Positions 8,501 to 16,894 are shown, counted from the first letter of the stretch. The stretch: DNA of 33,574 bases from Candidatus Heimdallarchaeota archaeon (GCA_030668825.1 DAOVET010000023.1:1-33574), one strand, 5' to 3'. Numbers and translations: made by a program. Notes: a model not told the origin generated them from the sequence alone.

Positions 8501-10114
8501 CTACCAAGCTATTGCTAGTCCATCAGCTCTTGGACTTGTTCCTCCACACAACACTCCACTTTTACTATCTCGTTTAATAATTTGTCCTCTACCAAAAATC
8601 ATTCTAGCATTACCTGAAGTTGGAATAACATCATGTCCCATGCTGCTTAGAGTGCTCATTGTTGATTCAGATATTCCTTCTTCCAATGCAACAGCTCCAC
8701 CACTTGTCCCATCTCTTATACAGAACCTTGATGCATTTAGTGCTTGTTGAGGGTTCATACCATAATCAACCATATTAATGATAACTTGAGCATGTCCTTG
8801 GGGTTGGTTGAAACCTTGCATCACACCAAAACTTGCAAAAAGGTCTCCATCTTTTGTAGCCATACCAGGAATAATTGTATGATACGGTCTTTTGTTAGGA
8901 GATAAAACATTCGGATGATCAACCTCTAAAGTGAAACTTGCACCTCTGTTTTGAAGCGTAAAGCCACATCCTTGAGGTATAAGTCCTGTACCGAATCCAT
9001 TACTGTTAGAATTGATGAAACTGCAAGCATTACCATCTCCATCAGCTACAGAGAAATAGACTGTATCTGAACTTGTAAATGGAGAACCTTTCTCTGTATC
9101 GACAGTAGCTTTCGTTAAATCGATTAGTTTTCTTCTTTCAGTTGCATAATTTTTAGAGATTAATTCCTTAATTGGAACATTTACAACATCTGGATCTGCT
9201 ACATACCAACGTGTATCTGCAAAAGCTATTCTCATCGCTTCTATCATTAAATGCAAGTGTTCAACAGACGAGTGCTTCATTTTTGAAAAATCATATTCTT
9301 CTAAGATATTAAGTGCGATAAGTGCTGTGATTCCTTGTCCGTTTGGAGGAACCTCATGTACATCAACTCCCTTGTAATTCGTTGATATTGGTTCATCAAA
9401 TGTGTTATGATGGTTTTTCAAATCATCTAGGGACATTACTCCATTAAGAGACTGTATGAGATTAATAATCGCTTCTGCAATTCGTCCCTCATAGAACCCA
9501 TTTTTTCCATGTTCAGCTAATGTTCGGAAAGTTCGCCCTAAAGTTGGGTTCTTCATAATTTCTCCTTCATTAGGTGCCTCACCATTGAGGAGCATTTCTT
9601 CTCCGAAAGGACCATTTTTAATCAGCTGTTCACTTCGTTTCCAAGCTAAAGCTGTAAATGGAGCAACAGGGAAACCACTTTCAGCTAATTCTATTGCTGG
9701 AGTAAGAATTTCCACTAGTTTCATAGTTCCGAACTTTTCAACTGTATCTACCCAACCAGCTGCAGCTCCTGGAACAGTTATTGTGTGAACACTAAGGCGT
9801 GGTAATGAACCTGTAATTCCCTGGTTAGCTAGAATATCTAGATTAAGTTCAGAAGGAGCTCTTCCACTAGCATTGAGTCCAAAGACTGACTTTTTCTCAC
9901 CATCATAGTATAAGCAAAAACAATCTCCACCTATACCTGTTGAGCAAGGTTCAGTCACGTTCAATACAGCAGCTGTTGCAACAGCGGCATCAGCAGCGTT
10001 TCCTCCTTGTTGAAGTATTCTTATACCTGCTTCGGACGCTAGAGGTTGGCTAGAAGCAACAATGCCTCTTCTTCCATAAACAGGTTGGCGAAAAGAATCA
10101 AACCGTAAATTCAT
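8501..10114 (-). CDS. ggt: Gamma-glutamyltransferase family (Ntn hydrolase)
   Basis: GGNAADAAVA, TVPGA, EVPPNGQG, nucleophile Thr in SDTVYFSVAD, LQNRG, KRPYHTIIP. Confidence 0.92.
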   Translation of the reverse strand: MNLRFDSFRQPVYGRRGIVASSQPLASEAGIRILQQGGNAADAAVATAAVLNVTEPCSTGIGGDCFCLYYDGEKKSVFGLNASGRAPSELNLDILANQGITGSLPRLSVHTITVPGAAAGWVDTVEKFGTMKLVEILTPAIELAESGFPVAPFTALAWKRSEQLIKNGPFGEEMLLNGEAPNEGEIMKNPTLGRTFRTLAEHGKNGFYEGRIAEAIINLIQSLNGVMSLDDLKNHHNTFDEPISTNYKGVDVHEVPPNGQGITALIALNILEEYDFSKMKHSSVEHLHLMIEAMRIAFADTRWYVADPDVVNVPIKELISKNYATERRKLIDLTKATVDTEKGSPFTSSDTVYFSVADGDGNACSFINSNSNGFGTGLIPQGCGFTLQNRGASFTLEVDHPNVLSPNKRPYHTIIPGMATKDGDLFASFGVMQGFNQPQGHAQVIINMVDYGMNPQQALNASRFCIRDGTSGGAVALEEGISESTMSTLSSMGHDVIPTSGNARMIFGRGQIIKRDSKSGVLCGGTSPRADGLAIAW

Positions 10115-10164
10115 AGTGAGAAAATAACCTAGTTTAAAATAAATCTAATGGTCAGTCTTTCTTA

Positions 10165-10962
10165 TCATTGTTGGAAGAACTCATTTAACATCTGGAAAAA
10201 TTTGAGTCTATTCCTATCTATATTTTTTATCCCATAGTCTTCAAGGAAGTATTTAACCCATTCTTCGCCATAGTTATATCCGATACTCCACATTACAGCA
10301 GCAAAATCAAAATATCTGTCATTTACTCCTCCCCAAGACCAGTCAACAAATCCACTAAGTTTACCTTCTTTGACCAGAATGTTTGGTAAGCAATAATCAC
10401 CATGAGAAAAAACAAGATCATATTTCTCAGGTTTTAGTTTTATAATTTCTTCAAACAATTCCCCAACGCTTTTATGTGACCATTTTTCGTCAAACTGACT
10501 TGTGTCAATATTCCCCTGATCCGATCTTTCTTTCGCTAATTGTAATAATTTATCTGGTGTGTTATTTATTGGACATCCAGAAGTAGGAATTGAATGTATT
10601 TTCTTCAAGCCTTCTGCTAGAATTTGTATATTTCTGCGTTTCTCCTTATCAGATTCTATTTTGTATGATACTTTTCCTAGTATTTCTGATAGTAAGAGAA
10701 ATTCTCTATCATCATTCTTACTAAAATAAACTACTTCAGGAACCTGTAATTTTTGGTATAACCACTCTAGTATATCTTTCTCTTGTTCTAAATTAAAATC
10801 AGGAGTTGGTTTGTTAATTTTAAGATAAAGAGTTTTTCCATTATTAGATAGCTTGAAAACCTTAGCTTTAGACCAACCTATTTTATTTTCCTCCCATTTA
10901 AAACCTTTTAGAATTTCTTTGAGTTTTGCAGGTAGTTCTAATAACCAAGATTCTTTTTGCAT
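10165..10962 (-). CDS. Aminoglycoside 3'-phosphotransferase-like kinase
   Basis: GWSKAKVF loop, LYLK, Brenner motif HGDYCLPNILV, GFVD, DRYFD, C-terminal LNEFF. Confidence 0.85.
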   Translation of the reverse strand: MQKESWLLELPAKLKEILKGFKWEENKIGWSKAKVFKLSNNGKTLYLKINKPTPDFNLEQEKDILEWLYQKLQVPEVVYFSKNDDREFLLLSEILGKVSYKIESDKEKRRNIQILAEGLKKIHSIPTSGCPINNTPDKLLQLAKERSDQGNIDTSQFDEKWSHKSVGELFEEIIKLKPEKYDLVFSHGDYCLPNILVKEGKLSGFVDWSWGGVNDRYFDFAAVMWSIGYNYGEEWVKYFLEDYGIKNIDRNRLKFFQMLNEFFQQ

Positions 10963-11023
10963 TAAAATCAGAATAGATGTTTATTTTGTTCTTAAAATTC
11001 TTTGGACATTAGCTAAAAAACGA

Positions 11024-11719
11024 TTAAGAGTCAATAGAATATTTGTGGCCACAATAAGAACAATATTCTTCTGCAATCTGTACTGAATAGTTACACTCGG
11101 GACATACTTTGATACTCTTCTTTATCTCTTCAATACTTTTGGTATCAATAGGGTCATCTTTTCTCCTTAAGGTTTGAGATAGTTTGTTTGCTCCTTTATC
11201 TTTGAATGAAGTAATTTTTGATTTTTTTATAAAAACTATAACTATACCTAAAATCACTGGAATCAGAATACTTAATCCAACACCTAAGAATACCCACTTG
11301 CTAGTACCAGCTGAAGTAACAACAAAGGGTTCATCTTGGATTAAGATTTTTACATGAACATCTTGAGTATTATCGAGATTATCTAAAATTATGTAATGGT
11401 TTTTGTATGGTTCTAGTTCACAGCTTACTTCTGTTGATTGTTCATTATAGACAATTAATTCTTTATTGGAGCTAAGACCATCTCTCCATCTGAAGTAATT
11501 TTGTGAATCGAAGATTAGAAGAGTTATATCAGAGTTTTCTATAACTTCAAATTGGATATAGAATTCTAAGTTATCTGAATACGTTCTATACATCCAGCCA
11601 TTATAAGATTCCGCATAAACAATTCTTATCTCTTTATGAATTGTTTCAGCTTGTGTAAAACTTAGAGAAACATAAATTGACATGAATAGAATTAGCAATA
11701 TCAATTTTTTCTTTCTCAA
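11024..11719 (-). CDS. Single-pass membrane protein with extracellular beta-rich domain and cytoplasmic zinc ribbon
   Basis: TTG start, signal peptide, TM WVFLGVGLSILIPVILGIVIVFI followed by KKSK, C-terminal CPEC...CSYC. Confidence 0.78.
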   Translation of the reverse strand: MRKKKLILLILFMSIYVSLSFTQAETIHKEIRIVYAESYNGWMYRTYSDNLEFYIQFEVIENSDITLLIFDSQNYFRWRDGLSSNKELIVYNEQSTEVSCELEPYKNHYIILDNLDNTQDVHVKILIQDEPFVVTSAGTSKWVFLGVGLSILIPVILGIVIVFIKKSKITSFKDKGANKLSQTLRRKDDPIDTKSIEEIKKSIKVCPECNYSVQIAEEYCSYCGHKYSIDS

Positions 11720-12077
11720 AGTACAACACTAACCTGTAAACTTAAGTTTAATTTAACTTTGGCAAATCATTCTTATATATGTTTACAAAACCATTCCGTC
11801 GATTATTATCCATACTTTCAAATAAAATTTCACATTAAAATGTCTTAAACACTAATTCCTGAAACTAGGGGTGATTGAATGCAAATTTTTAAACATCTTG
11901 GATAAGAAATTGCTTCCATTCAAAAACTAATATAAAGTAAATCTTCTAAAAAGGAGATATATCCAAGAAGCTGTCTTCTTGTAAGGAAGATTTTACTTCT
12001 TAAACAAAGGTGTGGTTCCCTTAACTGAACTACATTTTCTAATAAAGTTTATTTACTATAGAAAGTCCCTAGGGTTA

Positions 12078-12719
12078 ATGAGTAAGAGTAGAGCCAGATC
12101 ACCAGAGGCAAAAGATAAACAAATTCAGAGAATTATCACAGAAGCTAGAGAATTATTCTATGAGGTTGGGACTACAGGATTTAGTATGAGAGCATTAGCT
12201 AAACGACTTGATATGTCCCAAAGTAATCTCTATAACTACTACTCTAGTAAGAGAACGCTTTGGTTTGAAATTATGAGACAAGATTTTACTGAATTGAGAA
12301 ATCAGATTCAACCAATTGTTTTGAATCATAAAGGAACATCTGTTGAATTATTGGAAAAACTTACTGATTTCTATTTTGATTTCGCGGAATCTAATTATAG
12401 ACGATATAAGTTAATGTTTGTACTCCCACCACCACCAGCTGAGGGTCAACCATCAGAATATGAGAAATTTGTTCCCCAAAAGACATTGAAGCTCTTAAAT
12501 TGGATTGAATCAGCTCTCTCTCAGGGTTTGTCTAAAGATATCGATTCAAATAAACTATCATTATATCTTTGGTCAGTAATTCATGGAACTGTTCTTTTGA
12601 CAAATACAATTTTATTTGATCCAGATTATAGCATTTCTAACTTTGGTTCAAAAATTGAATTTAGGGATTTTGTAAAAGAACAACTTAAAAAGCAATTTTC
12701 CCAATTAATTTTAGATTGA
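12078..12719 (+). CDS. TetR/AcrR family transcriptional regulator
   Basis: IITEARELFYEVGTTGFSMRALAKRLDMSQSNLYNYYSSK HTH and LWSVIHG. ATG 12078 preferred because TATA-like TTTATTTA at ~12048 implies a leaderless start. Confidence 0.92.
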   Translation: MSKSRARSPEAKDKQIQRIITEARELFYEVGTTGFSMRALAKRLDMSQSNLYNYYSSKRTLWFEIMRQDFTELRNQIQPIVLNHKGTSVELLEKLTDFYFDFAESNYRRYKLMFVLPPPPAEGQPSEYEKFVPQKTLKLLNWIESALSQGLSKDIDSNKLSLYLWSVIHGTVLLTNTILFDPDYSISNFGSKIEFRDFVKEQLKKQFSQLILD

Positions 12720-12857
12720 AAAAAACCAGTCATTTTTTTCACACAAGTCAAGTGAAAATGCATTAAGACGATATTTGCTGATAAAGAACAGCTTTTGTAT
12801 CAATCATTCTAATCATTGGAACAATATATAAGTGTTTGAATGAGCGTACAAAAATAA

Positions 12858-12928
12858 GGTGTAGGAAGGAAATTAAAATTAGTCCGTCTTAATCTTGCTG
12901 AAAACCAAAGGTGGTTCCTTCCACACCA
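12858..12928 (+). ncRNA. Candidate small structured ncRNA (unclassified)
   Basis: TATATAAG at 12825-12832; 13-bp closing stem GGTGT(A)GGAAGGAA / TTCCTTCCACACC; followed by a TTTT pyrimidine tract; no sizeable ORF. Confidence 0.4.
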
Positions 12929-13046
12929 TTTTCCCTTACTTCAAACAAATCAACTCTCAATGTAGATTTAATCTTCTTAGTTTTCTAGTATTGCATTAAT
13001 ATTACATACAATTAATAAAGAAAATTCTTGAGTTTATAATGCAAAT

Positions 13047-13063
13047 TCAATATATAATATTGA
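13047..13063. promoter_or_regulatory. Palindromic operator candidate TCAATAT-ata-ATATTGA
   Basis: Perfect 7-bp arms lying between TATA-like TTTATAA (~13033-13039) and ATG 13079. Confidence 0.4.
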
Positions 13064-13078
13064 GAAAAGGCGATTTCA

Positions 13079-13264
13079 ATGGAAGAGATAAAGCGTGAAG
13101 ATTTGGTTCGTCATCTTAAACATCATTCCAATAAGGATGTTATACTTAATCAAGAAACTATCGACTTTGTTTTATGGAAGTTAAATGAAATCAAGCATGA
13201 AGTTGGCATCAAACTAGAAACCAAAGAAAAATCCCCCTTTGTTAAAGCTAAGAGTGGAAGATGA
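13079..13264 (+). CDS. Small hypothetical protein, possibly a degenerate histone fold
   Basis: 61-aa ORF with upstream TATA box and AGGCGA SD-like site; hydrophobic spacing aligns by eye with helices 1-2 of the histone at 18588-18758. Confidence 0.6.
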   Translation: MEEIKREDLVRHLKHHSNKDVILNQETIDFVLWKLNEIKHEVGIKLETKEKSPFVKAKSGR

Positions 13265-13325
13265 TTCCTTCATTTTGGGAGAAAGTTGTTAAGACTTAAA
13301 TAAAACTTATTTGTATCAAACCTTT

Positions 13326-14528
13326 ATGGATTCATTTCTCGATTCAATTAAGTTTATTACAGATAATTTTGGAGCACGAATTACAGGGACAGAAGCAGAT
13401 CAGAAGACATGCAAGTATATAGAAGAAAAATTCCGTTCTCTTTCTTCTAATGTTGAAGTTGAGACCTTTCCCGTAGTTGGAAGAGCTTTACAGAATCTTA
13501 TTCTCTTCCTTGTATGGGGATATTTTATTTCTGTGGTAGCATATTTCTTCATTCCATTTCTAGCTCTAGTTCTAGCAGTAGTGATGTTACTTATCTATTA
13601 TTTAGCAAGGTTCAAGGATAAAAATCTTGTAAATCTTTTAACTAAGAAATCCAGTTCTAGCAATATTATTGCTAAGTTTGAACCTGTAAACGAGAAACGG
13701 AAGATTGTTATTTTCTCAGGACATCATGATTCAGCTTTTCACATGCCTTTATTTGAGAAGAAGATTTCTCAAATAACATTCATTCAAAATAGTGCAATAG
13801 CTGGAATAGCTTTGTTGGTTATTGCTGCCATTTGGAAATCAATATTCTTTCTTGCACCTGTAGTTGGGATATTCAAAGTATTCTCTTATTCAATTGGTTC
13901 ATTAGTAGTAGATTGGTTGCTCTTACCTGATTTAATCTTTGCATTAGCAATAGTTGGTTTAGGATTTGGTTTTTACTTCTTGGCTAATATGGTAACTAAT
14001 ACTCCAGTTATGGGAGCAAATGATAATCTCACCTCAGTAGTTATGTTGTTTGCTTTAGGAGAACATCTGAAAGAGAATCCTCCAAGAAAAATAGAAATAA
14101 GATTAATTTCGTTTGGAGCAGAAGAACCTGGTCTGGTGGGAAGCAAATATTATGTAGATAAACGAATTGATGAGTTAAAAGGCGCTATAAACATAAATTA
14201 TGAAACATTAGGAAGTGGAAAACTAGGTTTAATAGTTAAAGAGAAAGATAATAATGTTGTTCATGACAAAGAATTGGTTATATATCTTCATGATTTAGCG
14301 GAAAAGCATGGTTTTGATTTACCCGCGAAACAAATCCATTTTGGCAATACAGATGCAGGTAGTTTCTCTAAAAAGAACATTTCAGCAACAACAATATTCG
14401 CATTTGGTAATAATGATGTCTTTGATCTCTGGCATTCAACAGAAGATGTAGTAGAGAATCTGGATGAACAGCTGTTGCAGCAAGCATTTGAACTTACGAT
14501 AAAAATCCTAGAAGAATTAGATAAATAA
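13326..14528 (+). CDS. Membrane-embedded M28 family zinc peptidase
   Basis: GHHDS, GANDN, GAEEPGLVGS, INYE and WHSTED motifs, with two inserted TM hairpins. Confidence 0.88.
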   Translation: MDSFLDSIKFITDNFGARITGTEADQKTCKYIEEKFRSLSSNVEVETFPVVGRALQNLILFLVWGYFISVVAYFFIPFLALVLAVVMLLIYYLARFKDKNLVNLLTKKSSSSNIIAKFEPVNEKRKIVIFSGHHDSAFHMPLFEKKISQITFIQNSAIAGIALLVIAAIWKSIFFLAPVVGIFKVFSYSIGSLVVDWLLLPDLIFALAIVGLGFGFYFLANMVTNTPVMGANDNLTSVVMLFALGEHLKENPPRKIEIRLISFGAEEPGLVGSKYYVDKRIDELKGAININYETLGSGKLGLIVKEKDNNVVHDKELVIYLHDLAEKHGFDLPAKQIHFGNTDAGSFSKKNISATTIFAFGNNDVFDLWHSTEDVVENLDEQLLQQAFELTIKILEELDK

Positions 14529-14566
14529 ACTAGCTTAGAAAAATAGTGTTTCAGTAAAAATAAGGA

Positions 14567-14707
14567 TGGTAGCGCCGAATGGACTTGAACCATTGATCTT
14601 CGGGTTTTTCAGCTTAGAATTCACAAATTCTGAACTTATGAGCCCGACGGGTTTTCCACGCTTAAGGACCAAGAGGAAATCATCCGCTTGATTTACCCCA
14701 CGGCGCT
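14567..14707 (-). tRNA. Initiator tRNA-Met(CAT) with two introns (14/15: 14662-14693; 37/38: 14606-14636) and encoded CCA
   Basis: Acceptor AGCGCCG/CGGCGCT (A1-U72); D stem GGGT/ACCC; anticodon arm TCGGG-CTCATAA-CCCGA with three G-C pairs; T arm AATGG-TTCAAGT-CCATT; ACCA end. Both inserts fold into BHB-like motifs. Confidence 0.93.
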
Positions 14708-14784
14708 TTTCTTATGCCTTTTCTTTTCAAACTCTTCTTTTAAGTCTTTGTTTTTACTACTAAATTTCAGTCAAGTCAGATAAT

Positions 14785-16128
14785 TTAGTTGGTTTGTATC
14801 TTAACTTGAATCCCCCTCTTAGTAAGATTTCTGAAGAATAATCGTTCCACAATTGGGTCTTCTATTAATCTACCAAAATTGATTATTAGTTTATCTTTGT
14901 AGCTAATCATAGCTGCGCCTACTTTGTTTACGGGAGATTGACCTGGTACAAATTCAAATTCCGTTATGTATTCCTCAAGTTCTTTAGGTATTGTTACTCT
15001 ACCTAAATTTGTTAGTACACTTGAGTAGAGTGTTGTTCCAAAGAAGAAATATCCTCTTTGTCCAAAGAACTTTTTCACTACTAAAGGTGTCAATCTTAAG
15101 AATATCATATTTTCGCTTGAAACGTTATTATCTAAAAGTCTAACAAAGTATTTTGCGTTTACTTCTTTTTTCATATAATGATGAATTTGTTTAACTATTT
15201 CTTCGAATTCATGTTTTCCCAGTCTTGGATCTATTCCTGGTGTCACATACAAGGCGAAATTCCTCATAGTTTTTGAAGGAAAGATATTTCTCATATTCAC
15301 TGGTACCATAATGCGTATTGGTTTTATGACTCTCTTTCTCATTTTTTCTGGAAAACTGAAAACTAATTCTTGCAAAGATTCTATTAATGCTGAAACAATA
15401 AACTCCGTAATTGATATTTTCAGTTCCTTAGCTTTTTCTATTATTTGTTGAGTAGAAATGGTTCCCTTTGTGATGTAATATCTGCCCTTTCTGATTCTTT
15501 TAAACGGTAAAATAAAAGCTCTTGACTGTAGAATTCGTCCAAGTTTCACTTTCTTTGCGTATCTCCTATATGAATCTTCATACTCATCTACCTCTGGTGT
15601 TTGATCTGGTCTTCTTATATCTCCCCAATCACTTACTTCCACTCCTCTTAAGCTGAGATATTCTCCCACCAGAGCTTTTAGAAAAATTAATCCACCAGAA
15701 CCGTCTGTTATACAGTGATTAAACTCTACTGCGATTCTTTTTTTGAAAGCTTTAACTTGAAATGGAAAAGCACCTTTTTTTGTAATTGGTATGAACTGAT
15801 TTGGAAATTTTGTATCAGCTATTACTTTTGGGTATGACATATTTGTTTCCCAGAAATGCCAAAACAGACCTGTTTTCAAATTCACTCTGAAAAAGGGAAA
15901 ACGAATTATAATACGATCCAAAGCTTTCTGTAGTTGTGTTACATTAATCGTTTCTTTCAAAGTAACAGATAAACGAAAAACTTGAGGTATTCTAGGAGAT
16001 GTAATTAAACTAAAACCTGTTGCTGCATTCTCTAATCTGTGCCATTGTGTATCAAATTTACTTACTCCAGCTAATATTCTTTCATTTACTATTAGAGAAT
16101 TAGAATAGGAAATGTCATCGCTTGTCAA
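14785..16128 (-). CDS. CoA-dependent acyltransferase (condensation / alcohol acetyltransferase-like)
   Basis: HxxxDG motif FNHCITDGSGG, plus VPVNMRNIFPSKTMRNF and TNLG; TTG start with GAGGT SD. Confidence 0.82.
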   Translation of the reverse strand: MTSDDISYSNSLIVNERILAGVSKFDTQWHRLENAATGFSLITSPRIPQVFRLSVTLKETINVTQLQKALDRIIIRFPFFRVNLKTGLFWHFWETNMSYPKVIADTKFPNQFIPITKKGAFPFQVKAFKKRIAVEFNHCITDGSGGLIFLKALVGEYLSLRGVEVSDWGDIRRPDQTPEVDEYEDSYRRYAKKVKLGRILQSRAFILPFKRIRKGRYYITKGTISTQQIIEKAKELKISITEFIVSALIESLQELVFSFPEKMRKRVIKPIRIMVPVNMRNIFPSKTMRNFALYVTPGIDPRLGKHEFEEIVKQIHHYMKKEVNAKYFVRLLDNNVSSENMIFLRLTPLVVKKFFGQRGYFFFGTTLYSSVLTNLGRVTIPKELEEYITEFEFVPGQSPVNKVGAAMISYKDKLIINFGRLIEDPIVERLFFRNLTKRGIQVKIQTN

Positions 16129-16144
16129 ATAATTACCTCGTCTA

Positions 16145-16894
16145 TTAAATCTTAAGTCTTTTAGTTATATTTGTTACTCCTTTTAGATTCATCTTTCTTG
16201 CTATTCTGTAATGGAGATATAACATAAAACCCGCTAGAATTGTTGCTGGTACAGCCACATATTGAGCCCATCTGAGTGTGAGTTTCCCTTCTATGTAACT
16301 CATTATCGTTAAATCTAGTCCTATGTTAATTAAAGCAATACCAAACAAAACGATAGCAGCAATATTCCATCCTTTATTCTTCACTTTTACTGAAAAGACA
16401 ACAACAGGGCTTATTATAACTGTGATAATTCCAATGATTGGTAAAGCTAATCGATATAACCAGCTATAAGCCCAATTGTCAAAAAGATCAATTAGTGAAA
16501 GAAATACCATTAGAGAAAAGACTTCTCCTACAATAATAAAAATCGGTTTCTTTGCTAATAACAATGGAAAAGTTACTAAAGCCCAAGCTAAAAGTAGTGA
16601 AACCATAGGAAATTTTGCCCAAGAAAGTAAAAAATTCTTATCAATAATTACATTTGTAAACATTACAATTAGAAAGGGAACTACTAAAGAAACGCTTGTG
16701 ATTTCCCAAACTAATAACCTCTTTTGCTTACTATTTATTTTAAGTTTCTTTGTCTTTTCTTCTTCTATGTTTGGATAGATGTTCTCGTTTTCATCATCAG
16801 CTACATCTAATTCCGATTGAATCGCCGATGAACACAGAGGACATGTTTTGATGTGGCTATCAACTTTTACACGACACTGATTACAGTAAGACAA
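16145..16894 (-). CDS. Membrane protein with N-terminal zinc ribbon (DUF6320-like)
   Basis: YCNQC...CPLC and NIYP followed by about six TM helices; 16 bp upstream of the acyltransferase. Confidence 0.75.
   Translation of the reverse strand: MSYCNQCRVKVDSHIKTCPLCSSAIQSELDVADDENENIYPNIEEEKTKKLKINSKQKRLLVWEITSVSLVVPFLIVMFTNVIIDKNFLLSWAKFPMVSLLLAWALVTFPLLLAKKPIFIIVGEVFSLMVFLSLIDLFDNWAYSWLYRLALPIIGIITVIISPVVVFSVKVKNKGWNIAAIVLFGIALINIGLDLTIMSYIEGKLTLRWAQYVAVPATILAGFMLYLHYRIARKMNLKGVTNITKRLKI

Noticed and set aside
11863-11905. TPP riboswitch start (ACTAGGGGTG) or SD-led ORF MQIFKHLG
   Set aside because: No CTGAGA or other TPP core elements; the ORF stops after 8 codons and the read-through frame resembles nothing recognisable.
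12858-12928. tRNA, SECIS or C/D box RNA
   Set aside because: No cloverleaf, no RTGATGA C box, and no in-frame TGA selenoprotein candidate nearby.
7062-14566. Integrated element at the tRNA 3' end
   Set aside because: No integrase or transposase and no duplicate of the tRNA 3' end seen; composition looks like the rest of the window.
14567-14707. tRNA-Ile2(CAT) as substrate of the nearby TiaS, or elongator Met
   Set aside because: A1-U72 and three consecutive G-C pairs in the anticodon stem identify an initiator tRNA.
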